Source: a virus (lineage: Duplodnaviria > Caudoviricetes). From it: a stretch of DNA of 58,886 nucleotides. A program made the position numbers and the translations under genes. Shown here piece by piece: positions 57,737 through 58,886 of the stretch. How positions within the stretch are numbered: the first letter of the stretch is position 1; the number at the start of each line of letters is the position of its first letter. Where the stretch lies: IMG/VR virus record IMGVR_UViG_3300008116_004701, positions 1 through 58,886 of that record. One strand, 5' to 3'. The notes beneath the pieces were generated by a model. It saw only the letters and a list, made by a program, of their open reading frames with translations, did no database searches and was not told the DNA's origin.

Positions 57737-58179
57737 TATCTTCGATTTAAGAATTTATAAAAGGCATAAATTAATAATAATAGAAAAACGGTAATAGATA
57801 CGCCTATTACCGTTTCTTTAATTTTTTGAGAAAAAGTTTGTGTTTTTTCGTAGTATTTTACTGGGATTTTTCTCTCAATAATTTTATCTACGTAAACAGT
57901 ATCGCATTTGCCTTCGATAAATACATCGTCGCCTTTCATCCATACTTTTACTTTTAACTGCTCTTTTTCTATAAAGATAGTATCAAGTAAGTCGTTTACT
58001 TTAACAACTGTATCAACTTTAACTTCAGGTACAATTACTCTAATTGTATCCTTAATAATTAAAGTATCAGTTGTTAATAATTCTGGATGCTTAGTTACTA
58101 ATCGACTGAATCTCTTCTGTGGACTGCATGCCATCAGTAGAGACACTATCAGAATTAGTAGGTATTTGGCCTTGCTCAT
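57736..58179 (-). CDS. Lipoprotein with C-terminal TM helix, unimolecular-spanin topology
   Basis: Lipobox LMA|C, DT-rich beta region, C-terminal TM followed by KFLNRR. Confidence 0.65.
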   Translation of the reverse strand: MSKAKYLLILIVSLLMACSPQKRFSRLVTKHPELLTTDTLIIKDTIRVIVPEVKVDTVVKVNDLLDTIFIEKEQLKVKVWMKGDDVFIEGKCDTVYVDKIIERKIPVKYYEKTQTFSQKIKETVIGVSITVFLLLLIYAFYKFLNRR

Positions 58180-58288
58180 TTGCTAACTTGTTTAAAAAAT
58201 TTAGTAAAGGAGCGCCAAACTTTGTTGGTAATTCATTAGCAAAGTTCTCTAATTCCTTTACGTGCTGTTCTTCTAAAATAATTCTCAT
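58091..58288 (-). CDS. Hypothetical protein
   Basis: 65 aa with a promoter box upstream. Confidence 0.6.
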   Translation of the reverse strand: MRIILEEQHVKELENFANELPTKFGAPLLNFLNKLANEQGQIPTNSDSVSTDGMQSTEEIQSISN

Positions 58289-58322
58289 AACCCTTATTTT
58301 TAATAATTATTAATTCTCTTTA

Positions 58323-58330
58323 CAAATATA
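58323..58330 (-). promoter_or_regulatory. Bacteroidota -7 promoter box TATATTTG
   Basis: Same octamer as at 54519; intergenic, upstream of the lysis cassette. Confidence 0.6.
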
Positions 58331-58341
58331 GATTAATTATT

Positions 58342-58629
58342 TTATTCAGCAACTACTTGATTAATAATTGTTACGCCAATAGCGGCAGCGACGACCTCGT
58401 TCACGTAGTTATTATCCTGCCCCCAAGCTGCGAACTCTTCTTCTGTCAAAGTGTAGTTACCTTGAGATAGTTGGAGTCCGTCTTCGGATAGCAGTTGCCA
58501 ATACGTTGTGCAAGTCGTTGCCTCAGTTGTAAAGTTAAGAACTAAAACGGACATTTGCGTTGCCGTTCCTGCGTTAAGTGGGTATACAATTGGTTCAATT
58601 GCTACGCCTTGTGTTGGTTGTGTTTTCAT
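58342..58629 (-). CDS. Hypothetical tail-fibre-associated protein
   Basis: 95 aa directly after the tail-fibre gene. Confidence 0.7.
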   Translation of the reverse strand: MKTQPTQGVAIEPIVYPLNAGTATQMSVLVLNFTTEATTCTTYWQLLSEDGLQLSQGNYTLTEEEFAAWGQDNNYVNEVVAAAIGVTIINQVVAE

Positions 58630-58636
58630 ATTTTTA

Positions 58637-58886
58637 TTATAAAGTTATCCAAGTTGTTCCGTCATAAAAACACGGACGATTTAAAGTGGTGTCGTATATT
58701 TGAAGTCCCGTTGCAGGTGTTGCAATTGCGTTCTTTTGTGTTGTAGTCATTCTTGGTGGAAGGAAACCACGAGTAGTAGAATTACATTCTAAAACAGCAC
58801 TAGGTAATTGGTTTGAACCCCCTAAACCTTGGTCGCATATTTTTGCTCCATTATCGTTTCCAAGAACTCCACCGACTGCCGAAGTG
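58637..58886 (-). CDS. C-terminus of a tail fibre-like protein, truncated by the window edge
   Basis: SAVLECNSTTRGFLPPRMTTTQKNAIATPATGLQIYDTTLNRPCFYDGTTWITL*, a repeat type common in Flavobacteriales surface and fibre proteins. Confidence 0.7.
   Translation of the reverse strand, partial: TSAVGGVLGNDNGAKICDQGLGGSNQLPSAVLECNSTTRGFLPPRMTTTQKNAIATPATGLQIYDTTLNRPCFYDGTTWITL

Noticed and set aside
122-58746. Short antisense or nested ORFs in the track (e.g. 1671-1862, 30675-31076, 46790-47128)
   Set aside because: They are shadows of long genes on the other strand or frame, with no motifs or independent starts.
1-58886. Stop-codon reassignment, known in some crAss-like phages
   Set aside because: Genes up to 8 kb are uninterrupted in the standard code, and TAA, TAG and TGA all end genes at sensible boundaries.

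Overview
This AT-rich window is a fragment of a crAss-like (Crassvirales-type) podophage genome, read in the standard genetic code. The host is probably Bacteroidota/Flavobacteriales: TAnnTTTG promoter boxes are present, Shine-Dalgarno motifs are not obvious, and there is an FLPPRMT-type tail repeat. Two convergent arms meet at a bidirectional terminator near 20.65 kb. The + arm (1-20.5 kb) encodes replication and repair: spore-photoproduct-lyase-like radical SAM, family A DNA polymerase, SF2 helicase, DnaB, AAA_24 ATPase, probable SSB, primase, HExxH/vWA protein plus MoxR ATPase, RusA-like and PD-(D/E)xK nucleases, a degenerate UNG-fold protein, all-alpha NTP pyrophosphatases and many small ORFs. 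The - arm (20.7-58.9 kb) encodes the tail-fibre end, an elaborate lysis cassette, tail ring and stabilisation proteins, and six giant ejected/cargo proteins. Five observations stand out. (1) The virion RNA polymerase is split into two genes with a ferritin gene between them. (2) Three consecutive giant proteins (5,701 aa) contain only four cysteines, all at the two facing termini, suggesting a head-to-tail disulfide-linked ejection chain. (3) A NADAR domain and a zincin domain are fused to the catalytic RNAP half. (4) One cargo protein carries an R-S-ExE ADP-ribosyltransferase. (5) About 15 Phi-x-x-G-G-x-Phi motifs partition two cargo proteins into modules. No capsid, portal, terminase, tRNA or CRISPR was seen. 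All calls come from reading motifs by eye; no searches were run.
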